Below, piece after piece: positions 40,108 to 48,732 of a stretch of 64,000 nucleotides of DNA; positions within the stretch are counted from its first letter, which is position 1, and every line of letters starts with the position of its first letter. Source of the stretch: Bacteriovoracaceae bacterium (lineage in GTDB: Bacteria; Bdellovibrionota; Bacteriovoracia; Bacteriovoracales; Bacteriovoracaceae). A program made the translations under genes and the position numbers. The stretch covers positions 36,744 to 100,743 of the forward strand of contig JABIHA010000085.1 of assembly GCA_018649885.1 (NCBI GenBank). Reading direction: 5' to 3'. The notes under the pieces were generated by a model. That model was not told where the DNA came from and made no database searches. It was given only the letters and a program-made list of their open reading frames with translations.

Positions 40108-40878
40108 ATCAAGCTCTAGAATAACTGGACAGTGATCTGAGCCCATTACCTCAGTTTGGTGATAAGTCTTTTGGACTTTATCTAAGAGCCCTTTGCTTAT
40201 AAAAAAGTAATCAATACGCCATCCAATATTTCTGGCCCTACAGTCACTTCTATATGTCCACCAAGTATAGTGTCCATTTTGATCGGGGTTGTGGTGTCTG
40301 AAAACATCGACGAATTGATAGTCTTCTAAGTCATCAATATATTCTCTTTCAATGGGAGTAAAACCAGTGTTTTTAACATTGGCCTTGGGATTGGCAAGGT
40401 CAATTTCTTTGTGGGCCGCATTTACATCTCCACAAATAATTACCTCTTTACCAGAGGCCCTCAAATCACTCGCTAAATTTAAGAGGTGATAGGAGTAATC
40501 GAGTTTATAGTCGAGTCTAAGAAACTCTCTTCCTGCATTGGGAAAGTAGCTTCCTATGAAGACAAGGTTATCAAACTCTATTGAGATCGTTCTGCCCTCA
40601 ATATCGTACTCACAAACGGACATTCCCTTGGTTATATTGTATCTGAAGGCAAAATCGTCTTTGATTAATAAGGCGACACCTGAGTAACCTTTTCTTTCGG
40701 CAGGGAAGTAAAATGGTTTGTAACCCTTAGGTGCGGTGAGATCTGCTGGAAGTTGGTCTTCCATGGCCTTAATTTCTTGTAAACACACGATATCAGGGAG
40801 TTCACGGTTCAACCAATCAACAAAGCCCTTTTTGTGAGCGGCTCTGAGACCGGCAACGTTCCAAGATGCAAGCTTCAT
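40102..40878 (-). CDS. xth: Exodeoxyribonuclease III
   Basis: MKLASWNVAGLRAAHKKGFVDWLNRELPDIVCLQEIK, and a C-terminus ending in GSDHCPV, match the Xth/APE1 family. Start taken at the internal ATG. Confidence 0.85.
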   Translation of the reverse strand: MKLASWNVAGLRAAHKKGFVDWLNRELPDIVCLQEIKAMEDQLPADLTAPKGYKPFYFPAERKGYSGVALLIKDDFAFRYNITKGMSVCEYDIEGRTISIEFDNLVFIGSYFPNAGREFLRLDYKLDYSYHLLNLASDLRASGKEVIICGDVNAAHKEIDLANPKANVKNTGFTPIEREYIDDLEDYQFVDVFRHHNPDQNGHYTWWTYRSDCRARNIGWRIDYFFISKGLLDKVQKTYHQTEVMGSDHCPVILELDL

Positions 40879-41034
40879 AAAAATTTTCCCCATGATGAAA
40901 AAAATAAAATTTAGGCTAAGATTATTTACACAGCTGGCGATGAGGCTAGTACTTAATTTGTTGAAAAACAATAGAAATTAAAAATGAGAACTAAATAACT
41001 CAGATACCCCCCAGAAGGACCATCGTACAAAGGA

Positions 41035-41397
41035 GTGAGCGTGCCAACTAGAAGCTTCCAACACATCGCCAAACTAATTAGAACAAGGCGAATTAATCAT
41101 CACAAAGGCTATTCCCAAGTCGAGCTATCGCAGCTATTGGGATATAAGAACGGACAATTTATTAGTAACGTTGAGAGGGCCCTGTGTAACATCCCACTTA
41201 AAATGTTGCCAAAAGTATCTCAGATATTAGATATCACTAAAGAAGAGCTTAAAGAGGCAATTTTAAGGGATCACGCATCAACTATTGACAGTTATCTAAA
41301 TGAACCTGTTGGACCGGTCACATCACTCGAAGAACATAAAGAAAAAATTAATAAAGAAAAAGAAGATACAAGTACTCCAACTCCATTGAGTGCGTAA
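41035..41397 (+). CDS. XRE/Cro-type helix-turn-helix DNA-binding protein
   Basis: YSQVELSQLLGYKNGQFISNVERA is HTH-like. Small protein of 120 aa. Confidence 0.55.
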   Translation: MSVPTRSFQHIAKLIRTRRINHHKGYSQVELSQLLGYKNGQFISNVERALCNIPLKMLPKVSQILDITKEELKEAILRDHASTIDSYLNEPVGPVTSLEEHKEKINKEKEDTSTPTPLSA

Positions 41398-41401
41398 GTA
41401 C

Positions 41402-41432
41402 AAAAAAGCCACCTAATTTAGGTGGTTTTTTT
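41402..41432. terminator. Bidirectional rho-independent terminator
   Basis: aaaaaaGCCACCTaatttAGGTGGtttttttt, a 6-7 bp GC-rich stem with an A-run upstream and a T8 run downstream. It sits between convergent genes. Confidence 0.7.
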
Positions 41433-41482
41433 GTATCAAAACCAAAGTCATATTGTTTTGGACAGGTATTGGGCTCAGATTT

Positions 41483-42115
41483 TTAATATTTTTCTTTATA
41501 TTTCTTGTAGTCATCAATTGTTCCCACGCTTTCTTCCGTATCTTCTTTGTATTGCGATACGGCTTCAATTTGTGTCGTGAGATAATGGGGTTCAACAATT
41601 TTCGCTGGTGGCTCTTCACCAACTTCTGGTTTTAATTCATGGTTACTACTGTAGGTAAAATCTTTTTTGAGCTGATCGGTTCGACCAGTAAGCCACTGGG
41701 TTTCTTGTTCGGACAGTGAGCTTTCGAATTCTCTCATGAGTCTTAGTGTTGAATAAAAGTTTTTCTCAAGCTTAATTCTTTTTTGCTTATCAGCTCTGTC
41801 GAAAAATGAGTAATATTTCTGTCTTGCTTCAAGGTGCGCCATCAATAGATTAATATATTTTCTGTACACTGCATCTTGAGGTGTTTCTGGACGCCTTCTT
41901 CTTTTGTTGTAAGGACGGCCTTTTTTCGCCGGACCACGCCCCTTAGCATGAGCTTTCTTCCCAGAGGCCTGAGCTGATTTGGAATTGGGGTTTTTGGACC
42001 TATTGCCTTGGTTTTTCCCTCGATTTGCTGAGGGGCCTTTTCGGTTTCGATTGTTGGGCTTTCTGTTGCCGCGTCCCGAACTATTCCCTGACCCTGCAGA
42101 GCTGTTTGTGGTCAT
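41483..42115 (-). CDS. Hypothetical protein with a highly basic low-complexity N-terminus
   Basis: The N-terminal 80 aa are rich in R/K/N/G/S (GRGNRKPNNRNRKGPSANRGKNQGNRSKNPNSK...KRRRRP). The C-terminal part is an acidic coiled coil. Confidence 0.55.
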   Translation of the reverse strand: MTTNSSAGSGNSSGRGNRKPNNRNRKGPSANRGKNQGNRSKNPNSKSAQASGKKAHAKGRGPAKKGRPYNKRRRRPETPQDAVYRKYINLLMAHLEARQKYYSFFDRADKQKRIKLEKNFYSTLRLMREFESSLSEQETQWLTGRTDQLKKDFTYSSNHELKPEVGEEPPAKIVEPHYLTTQIEAVSQYKEDTEESVGTIDDYKKYKEKY

Positions 42116-42247
42116 TATTTATTCTCCTAATTGTCACTTCTGGTTTTAAGATTTTGAGTTGTTTCTGTCCACAATTATCAATACATTCTACCCAATCTGT
42201 GAGAAAATCGCCCAACATTTTGTAATTTTTTTTTTGGAGGTATATAT

Positions 42248-43237
42248 ATGACAAGGAAAAAAGCTGTAGTCACTATCACAGGTGCAGCAGGCCAAATAGG
42301 ATACGCATTATTATTTAGAATTGCCTCGGGTCAAATGTTTGGACCGGATACAGATGTGGAGCTTCAACTCTTAGAGTTAGAACAGGCCCTTGGCGCCTTA
42401 AACGGTGTCGCAATGGAGCTAGATGACTGTGCATTTCCACTTCTCAAAAAAATTACTTGTACATCAGATTTAAAAACAGCTTTTGACGGAACTAACTGGT
42501 CATTGTTAGTCGGTGCAGTTCCCAGAAAAGACGGAATGGAAAGAGCTGATCTTTTAGGCATCAATGGAAAGATTTTTGGACCTCAAGGAAAGGCCATGAA
42601 TGACTTTGCCGCAAGAGATGTGAGAACACTTGTTGTTGGAAATCCATGTAACACCAATTCATTAATTGCTATGAATAGTGCTCCCGATATTCCAAATTCA
42701 CATTTTTTTGCCATGACCACCCTAGATGCGAATAGGGCCATTACTCAATTGGCCAAAAAATCAGGAAGCCATGTAACTGATGTTCGTGGGATGACAATTT
42801 GGGGTAACCACTCAGCTACTCAGTATCCAGATTTTTACAATGCAACTATTAATGGCAAGCCTGCAGCCGACGTTATTGCTGATGATGCTTGGCTTAAAGG
42901 TGAGTTTATAACAACTGTTCAAAAACGTGGTGCTGCCATTATCAAGGCAAGAGGTGCATCATCTGCAGCAAGTGCTGCTAACGCCGTTGTTGACTCTGTA
43001 TACAACCTTACTCACGATACTCCTGTTGGACAAACTTACTCAATGTGTAAGTGTTCAAATGGTGAATATGGAGTGGACGAAGGTTTAATCTTCTCTTATC
43101 CATGTCGAACTGAAAATGGTGAGTTAAAGGTAGTTGAAGGAATTGAGCACAATGAGTTCGGTCAGGAAAAGATGAAAGTGACTTTAGATGAATTAAGATC
43201 AGAAAGAGACACCGTTAAATCAGCTGGCTTGATCTAA
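42248..43237 (+). CDS. mdh: Malate dehydrogenase (NAD-dependent, LDH-like family)
   Basis: [27 protein letters not shown] (dinucleotide fold), GNPCNTN and the IWGNHS catalytic His motif. Confidence 0.9.
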   Translation: MTRKKAVVTITGAAGQIGYALLFRIASGQMFGPDTDVELQLLELEQALGALNGVAMELDDCAFPLLKKITCTSDLKTAFDGTNWSLLVGAVPRKDGMERADLLGINGKIFGPQGKAMNDFAARDVRTLVVGNPCNTNSLIAMNSAPDIPNSHFFAMTTLDANRAITQLAKKSGSHVTDVRGMTIWGNHSATQYPDFYNATINGKPAADVIADDAWLKGEFITTVQKRGAAIIKARGASSAASAANAVVDSVYNLTHDTPVGQTYSMCKCSNGEYGVDEGLIFSYPCRTENGELKVVEGIEHNEFGQEKMKVTLDELRSERDTVKSAGLI

Positions 43238-43250
43238 GGACTTACCTCGC

Positions 43251-43838
43251 ATGAACTTAAAGATAGTATTACTTTTTGTAACAATATTAGTAGCACAAGT
43301 GGGGTGGGCTAAAACCTGCCCCTATAGTGTCGATTTCAAGGGCGCTGAAGTTCACTGGACAGCATTTAAAACCACGGAAAAAGCACCTGTAAGTGGCGTT
43401 TTTAAGAAGTTTGAAATATTTGCAAAGGATAAAAATCTTAAAGCAAATTCTATCAAAGAAATTCTTAAAAACCATTCCATTGATGTGGATACCAGATCTG
43501 TATTTTCTAAGAATAAGGCCAGAGACATCAAAATTGCCAAATTCTTTTTTGGGAATATGACTTCGCCAACAGTTAAAGCAAAAATTAAAAATCCTAAAGG
43601 GACAACTTTTGGAGTTGCAGTCCTTGAGCTTTATTTCAATGATGTCAGAGGAAATATCCCTGTTGATTATGAATTAAAAGATGGGTATCTCACTTTTAAT
43701 GGCTCTTTTGATATGCTGGATTTTGCTTTGGAAAAATCACATGCGGAAATTAGTAAGGCCTGTTCTGTGAAGCACAAGAAGAAGACTTGGACAGATGCAG
43801 AGTTTAAATTCAGAATTCCAGTAAAAAAATCTTGCTAG
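43251..43838 (+). CDS. YceI-like periplasmic protein
   Basis: Signal peptide. EVHWTAFKTTEKAPVSGVFKKFEI resembles the YceI-family core. Moderate support only. Confidence 0.55.
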   Translation: MNLKIVLLFVTILVAQVGWAKTCPYSVDFKGAEVHWTAFKTTEKAPVSGVFKKFEIFAKDKNLKANSIKEILKNHSIDVDTRSVFSKNKARDIKIAKFFFGNMTSPTVKAKIKNPKGTTFGVAVLELYFNDVRGNIPVDYELKDGYLTFNGSFDMLDFALEKSHAEISKACSVKHKKKTWTDAEFKFRIPVKKSC

Positions 43839-43862
43839 AAATTCAAACTGGGATCAGTATAG
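43838..43862 (+). repeat. 25-nt direct repeat, copy 1 (GAAATTCAAACTGGGATCAGTATAG)
   Basis: 24 of 25 nt identical to 45733..45757. It overlaps the stop codon of the 43251..43838 gene. Confidence 0.8.
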
Positions 43863-43881
43863 ATCTGTTTAAGTCCTCATC

Positions 43882-44847
43882 ATGGTGGGTGTTGTGAGAA
43901 AAATATTTGATAGCTTCTATAGTGTTGTTCCTAAGAAATTAAGAGACCCCGTTGAAAAGGGGATCACTCACAATTTGTTATTTTTGAAAACAAAGGCCAT
44001 GGGAGCTGTCGAAAAATCGGTAAATGCAGGTATTCATTTCTCCTATTTAGAATGGCCCTCTTCTCATAAACCTACAATTATCGTTCTTCACGGTTTTGCT
44101 CACGATAAAGAGTCTTTTCTCGACTCAGGAAGAATTCTTTCAAAAGACTACCACGTGATTGTTCCCGATCTCCCAGGCTTTGGTAAGAGTGACTGCCCGG
44201 ATCTTCAGTATAGCTTTAAGAAATATGCTGATTGGATTCATCAATTTGTTCAGGCACTGGGGCTTGGTAAATTTCATCTACTTGGTAATTCTCTGGGAGG
44301 TGCTATTGCACTTCAATACTCACATGAGCATGCTGAAAATATCATTTCTCTTGGACTTATCTCCCCTGCTGGAGTTGTCCCTGATGACACAATAACTGAC
44401 GAAAATATCTATGATGAGCAAATTAGAGGAGAAAACTTATTCATGATTAATAGCATGGATGAGTGGATCGATTTTGTTGGCAGAGTTTTTCATGTCAGGC
44501 CCTATATACCGTTTTTTATTAGGCATCATTTCTTTAAAAAACATCTTTCCAATTCACACTGGTATGACAAATTAATGAAAGACTTAATTATGAGCCAAAC
44601 CGGACAGTGGCCTACTGAGGTGGCCGCTGAAATTGGTCTAAATGCACAGCTTCCGGATCTAGAGATGCCCATTGCTATTTTTTGGGGGAAGTTTGATAGG
44701 CTGATTCCTGTTCAAATAGCACAAACAGTATTTGATTTAACGAATAATTCTCAACTTGAAATTTTTGATCACCTGGGGCATTGTCCTCAAGTTGAAGATC
44801 CAAAGGTATTCTCTGGGACCTACAAGAGGTTCTTAAAGAATTTGTAA
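43882..44847 (+). CDS. Alpha/beta-fold hydrolase
   Basis: IIVLHGFAHDKESF, the nucleophile elbow HLLGNSLGGAIAL (GxSxG), and a late FDHLGHCP His. Confidence 0.8.
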   Translation: MVGVVRKIFDSFYSVVPKKLRDPVEKGITHNLLFLKTKAMGAVEKSVNAGIHFSYLEWPSSHKPTIIVLHGFAHDKESFLDSGRILSKDYHVIVPDLPGFGKSDCPDLQYSFKKYADWIHQFVQALGLGKFHLLGNSLGGAIALQYSHEHAENIISLGLISPAGVVPDDTITDENIYDEQIRGENLFMINSMDEWIDFVGRVFHVRPYIPFFIRHHFFKKHLSNSHWYDKLMKDLIMSQTGQWPTEVAAEIGLNAQLPDLEMPIAIFWGKFDRLIPVQIAQTVFDLTNNSQLEIFDHLGHCPQVEDPKVFSGTYKRFLKNL

Positions 44848-44853
44848 GAAGGG

Positions 44854-45639
44854 GTGAGTGTGTCTACAAAGATGCCCATGCCTGAGCGAATAAAGCTATC
44901 AGGTTTTAATAATTTAACAAAAGTATTAAGTTTTAATCTCTATGATTTTTGCATTACTTTGAGTGAAGAGCAAAAAGAAGAATATATTCAATATATTGAT
45001 GAGACTTACAGTGCCAAGAGAATAGAAGAAATTTCCTTCAAAATTTGTGAAATTATAGAGGCCAATGTCATTAGTGTTTCTGGGCAAGATTACGATCCAG
45101 TTGGTGCCTCAACAATGACATTAATGAGTGATATTAAGGGCGGAAAATGGGACGGCAAAAGGCCTAGCTCAGTCTCAATGCACTTAGATAAATCTCATAT
45201 TACAGCGCACACATACCCAGATGCTGCTGATGAGCAGGGGATTTGCTCTTTCAGAGTAGATATAGATATTGCTACTTGTGGTGAGATTATTCCACTTCAG
45301 GCCATTAACTATCTATTTGAGGCCTTTGAGTGTGATGTGGTACTCATTGATTATGTTGTAAGAGGTTACACCAGATTAGAAAATGGAAGAAAGATTTATA
45401 ACGATCACTACTTCAACTCAATTCAAGATTTTATCGATCCTAAAATTTTAGAAAAATACAAATACCGCTCGGATATTAATATTGACCCTGCCAATATTTG
45501 GCAAACGAAGCTTATGATTAGCGAAAGCTATGAGGCCACTAGATATTTAATGAATCCAGAAGATACCAATCATCCCGATGTTGAAAAAAAAATGTCACTT
45601 CTTCACAGTGAAATGAAAGAAATCTATCAACTAAAATAG
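44854..45639 (+). CDS. speD: S-adenosylmethionine decarboxylase proenzyme (E. coli-type SpeD)
   Basis: ERIKLSGFNNLTKVLSFNLYDFC and QDYDPVGASTMTLMSD match the class 1B AdoMetDC family. Confidence 0.85.
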   Translation: MSVSTKMPMPERIKLSGFNNLTKVLSFNLYDFCITLSEEQKEEYIQYIDETYSAKRIEEISFKICEIIEANVISVSGQDYDPVGASTMTLMSDIKGGKWDGKRPSSVSMHLDKSHITAHTYPDAADEQGICSFRVDIDIATCGEIIPLQAINYLFEAFECDVVLIDYVVRGYTRLENGRKIYNDHYFNSIQDFIDPKILEKYKYRSDINIDPANIWQTKLMISESYEATRYLMNPEDTNHPDVEKKMSLLHSEMKEIYQLK

Positions 45640-45672
45640 CTTCAATATAGTTATACTGATTTCAGTTTGGAT

Positions 45673-45735
45673 TTCAAGTGAGCGGATGACGAGGAAGGCG
45701 TGTAGCACACTCCGACGAGGAACACGCCACTTGAA
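45673..45735. terminator. Compound GC-rich hairpin between convergent genes (putative terminator)
   Basis: Outer arms TTCAAGTG/CACTTGAA (8 bp) and inner arms GGCGTGT/ACACGCC (7 bp). An internal GACGAGGAA direct repeat. It lies directly 3' of speD. Confidence 0.45.
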
Positions 45736-45757
45736 ATTCAAATTGGGATCAGTATAG
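45733..45757 (+). repeat. 25-nt direct repeat, copy 2 (GAAATTCAAATTGGGATCAGTATAG)
   Basis: One mismatch relative to copy 1. It ends 2 nt before the stop of the minus-strand 45760..46716 gene. Confidence 0.8.
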
Positions 45758-45759
45758 TA

Positions 45760-46716
45760 TTATTTGCGAAAGGTGAGGCCTAGCATATAAATATTGGCCA
45801 TTTTACTAAAGTAGCTATCGTACATTTTGAATTTACTATAATGAAAAGATCCAATTATGTGTTTAGAAAAAATCTTATCACTAAATCCTACTTTTAATAA
45901 TGATGTAGACTTGTCATAAGTATTCTCAGTAGGTCTTGAATCTTTTTGTCTTTCCCAAAGAGCTGAAATAACCATTGAACCCATAGAGATACCTGCAAGT
46001 AGGCCATAGCGATCTGTTTCAGGGTGGTGATTAACCCAAAGGGAGCCTTGGGCCTTCTTTTTCATTCTAGGGGAGTGATGCCAGTAGAGCTCTGATCTAA
46101 GTCTCACCCCTTTTTTACCCGAGGTAAGTAGAGAAATACCAAGATCTCTTTCAAACCAAAAATTATCAACTCTTTTGGTGTGCTCATTTTTTACCATGGC
46201 AAGTCTTGCTCCGAGAAAAAACATCTCACCCATTTTATAGGAGATGCTTCCACCAAGTTTATTTGTAGTGCTATCGAAGGAGCCGTCATCAAGGTTTTGC
46301 CACGAGTTTACTTTTGCCTCTTGGGATCCAACGCTTTCTTTTTTAAAGTCTGCTCCCACTGCTAATATTTTTCCAATTCTCAGTGCACTGAGAATGGCCA
46401 AATTCGTTGTTTCGGTATCAAATTTCCCAAAATTTTCATCTTGAGAAAGGCTTTGGTAATTTAATTGAAAAGACATATGCCCCAAATGAAAATTGCCTAT
46501 GGCATGGGGCCCCTTTTCTTCATAATCTACTTGGTCTAGAAGACCAGGTTTTTTATCACCATTGGTTTTTGTGTAACCAAAGCTCAAGGAGGTTAATCTT
46601 CTCCAAGAAATTGCAGCAGCAGATTGGGCAGTTGTTTGAGGATCCATTTGTGCTGTGGCGACCTGAGCATGAGCTATTTGGGGACTCCATAAAATCCAAA
46701 GAAGTACTGCTATCAT
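45760..46716 (-). CDS. Putative outer-membrane/secreted protein
   Basis: Signal peptide MIAVLLWILWSPQIAHAQ. Alternating amphipathic segments, which is weakly porin-like. Confidence 0.45.
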   Translation of the reverse strand: MIAVLLWILWSPQIAHAQVATAQMDPQTTAQSAAAISWRRLTSLSFGYTKTNGDKKPGLLDQVDYEEKGPHAIGNFHLGHMSFQLNYQSLSQDENFGKFDTETTNLAILSALRIGKILAVGADFKKESVGSQEAKVNSWQNLDDGSFDSTTNKLGGSISYKMGEMFFLGARLAMVKNEHTKRVDNFWFERDLGISLLTSGKKGVRLRSELYWHHSPRMKKKAQGSLWVNHHPETDRYGLLAGISMGSMVISALWERQKDSRPTENTYDKSTSLLKVGFSDKIFSKHIIGSFHYSKFKMYDSYFSKMANIYMLGLTFRK

Positions 46717-48326
46717 AGTGATAACCTCCTTTTTTTCAAAAGAAGGAGCATCCCTAGAAAGGCCAATGTCATGATTACCCCTAGGGAAGAAATGGGGTAT
46801 GTTACAAGTAAAATTATCGGCGTTAGTAAGACAAGTGATATCGATTTAAGAATTGGATAGTTTTTTATCATTTTAGCTAGTGGTGGAGAAAATTGGTAAT
46901 AAAAAGAGACAAACCTTTTTCCCCATTTAAAAGGAATTAAAACATTGTCTCGAAACGCCCTTAAGTTTGAAACTAAGGGGTGATAAACGGTGCCATAGGT
47001 AGCGGTTGCAATAAAGCAGTCGGTTCCAATAAGCGAGTCCACATCGGGATCACTATTATCTAAATCAACCCCAGAGCATGTATCGGCCCTAAACTTGGCC
47101 ACCTTGCTGGCCGTATTATTGAGGGATCTGGCATTGTTTGAAGTGTTTGCGACACCGCCGGCAAAACCTCCATAGGTAATATCAGGGTTTGAAAATATGC
47201 CGACTCTGGGACAGTTATTGGCGGTACAAAGGGTGTCATAGGCCATAATTGTTCTAAAGACTGTATCTTCGAAGTGACCATGGCTATAGGCATAGGGCGT
47301 ATTTGTAGGGTCAACTCCAGGGTCATGACGGCTACCAAAATTGTGGCCAATTTCATGAGCAAATGAGTAATTAGATACAGCGCAACTAGCGGCCACGACA
47401 CTAAAGCCATAAGTCTCGGCTGCTGAATCGTCATGATTAGTGATAACATTTGCAATACCGCAAGCATCAAGAGTATTGACCCATAAGCTGAGCAGGTCTC
47501 CACAATGCAGATTGCGAAGCTCGTGAACACTCTCGAGCTGACCATCTTCTTTTACTGTGAGTCTACTTATATCTGTAGCTGCAGCCCCACTCTCAGTGTA
47601 GGCTATCAACTCGGCATGGGCCAATCTCACTCTATGATTGACCAGACTTTTTTCATAGGCAGCGTTTGTGTTGTCAATAGCACCCTGAACTTCAGCATCA
47701 ATATTGCCAATAGCATCTTTTGCGGCTTGAGTGTAAACAATGACAATATCAACTATTGATTCATCATTGCCTGAGTAGCCGACCTTAACATTGACATTGT
47801 TAACTGATAAACCTTGAGAGCTATCGGCCCTGTGAGCTGACTTTTTTACTTCTACTGGCATTGCTCCTTTTGGGAGAGCTGCTGTATTAAGTTCTCTTAG
47901 CGAGTAGATATCTTCACCCAAGTAGAGCAGATGATAAATACCTGCACTACTATTTATGTGCCCAGAAAGATCGGAATCAACAACGCTAAAGGTTGCAGAG
48001 CCAAAGTCTGGTTTTTTGACATTTCCTATCCAACTAAAATTATCCCCATTTCTTGGAATAAATTTAAACCTGTTTAGGTATATGAATTTTCCATGAAATA
48101 ACTCTATTTCTAATTGCTGACTACTTTTAAGAATTTCGATATTAACAGTAACTAGCTCAAACTTTTTAATTGTTAAGTTACTTGATTCTGCATCAATTCT
48201 TTTTTGAACGGTGGACGAGACATCAATTTGAAAGGGGTCAGCTATAACGAACAATTTGCTCGAAGCAAATGCATTAACAAGTGTGACTTGTAAGATTAAA
48301 GAAAATAGAAGCTTGTTTAGAGGCAT
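46713..48326 (-). CDS. Secreted metzincin zinc metalloprotease (reprolysin/M12B-like) with a C-terminal sorting-like anchor domain
   Basis: HEIGHNFGSRHD matches the HExxHxxGxxH metzincin motif plus Asp. Signal peptide MPLNKLLFSLILQVTLVNAFA. The C-terminus has DCFIATATYGTVYHPLVSNLRAFRDNVL...YYQFSPPLA, then a TM helix and a KKRR tail. Confidence 0.7.
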   Translation of the reverse strand: MPLNKLLFSLILQVTLVNAFASSKLFVIADPFQIDVSSTVQKRIDAESSNLTIKKFELVTVNIEILKSSQQLEIELFHGKFIYLNRFKFIPRNGDNFSWIGNVKKPDFGSATFSVVDSDLSGHINSSAGIYHLLYLGEDIYSLRELNTAALPKGAMPVEVKKSAHRADSSQGLSVNNVNVKVGYSGNDESIVDIVIVYTQAAKDAIGNIDAEVQGAIDNTNAAYEKSLVNHRVRLAHAELIAYTESGAAATDISRLTVKEDGQLESVHELRNLHCGDLLSLWVNTLDACGIANVITNHDDSAAETYGFSVVAASCAVSNYSFAHEIGHNFGSRHDPGVDPTNTPYAYSHGHFEDTVFRTIMAYDTLCTANNCPRVGIFSNPDITYGGFAGGVANTSNNARSLNNTASKVAKFRADTCSGVDLDNSDPDVDSLIGTDCFIATATYGTVYHPLVSNLRAFRDNVLIPFKWGKRFVSFYYQFSPPLAKMIKNYPILKSISLVLLTPIILLVTYPISSLGVIMTLAFLGMLLLLKKRRLSL

Positions 48327-48732
48327 AAACCAAAACTCAATATTGTTCGAGAGAAGACTCCACTTTGATAAGTAGAGTAGTTTGTTAATTATGAGTGATA
48401 ATAGCGGGCCTGTAAAAGCCAATCGTAGGTTAAATAAATTTTATTAACTTGATCAAAATTATCCAAAACTTAGAGGTCGCTTATTATCTGGGGTAGGCAT
48501 TTTTTTCCCCAGGTGAGCTGGGGGCATGTTACTTGCTTCAGGGTATTTTAATTAAAAATCCCTCAATGGGACCAACAAATAGGGTCACTGTGACAATGTG
48601 GTGTCGCACAATAAATTAGAACACTCGGGTAATTTTTTGAAACCTATCAAATTGAGATGCAGCAAGTCGTGGCATCGCCATTGCTTTACTCATTTGCGTC
48701 AATTGTTTTATTAGAACTAAGAGGGAGAGTTT

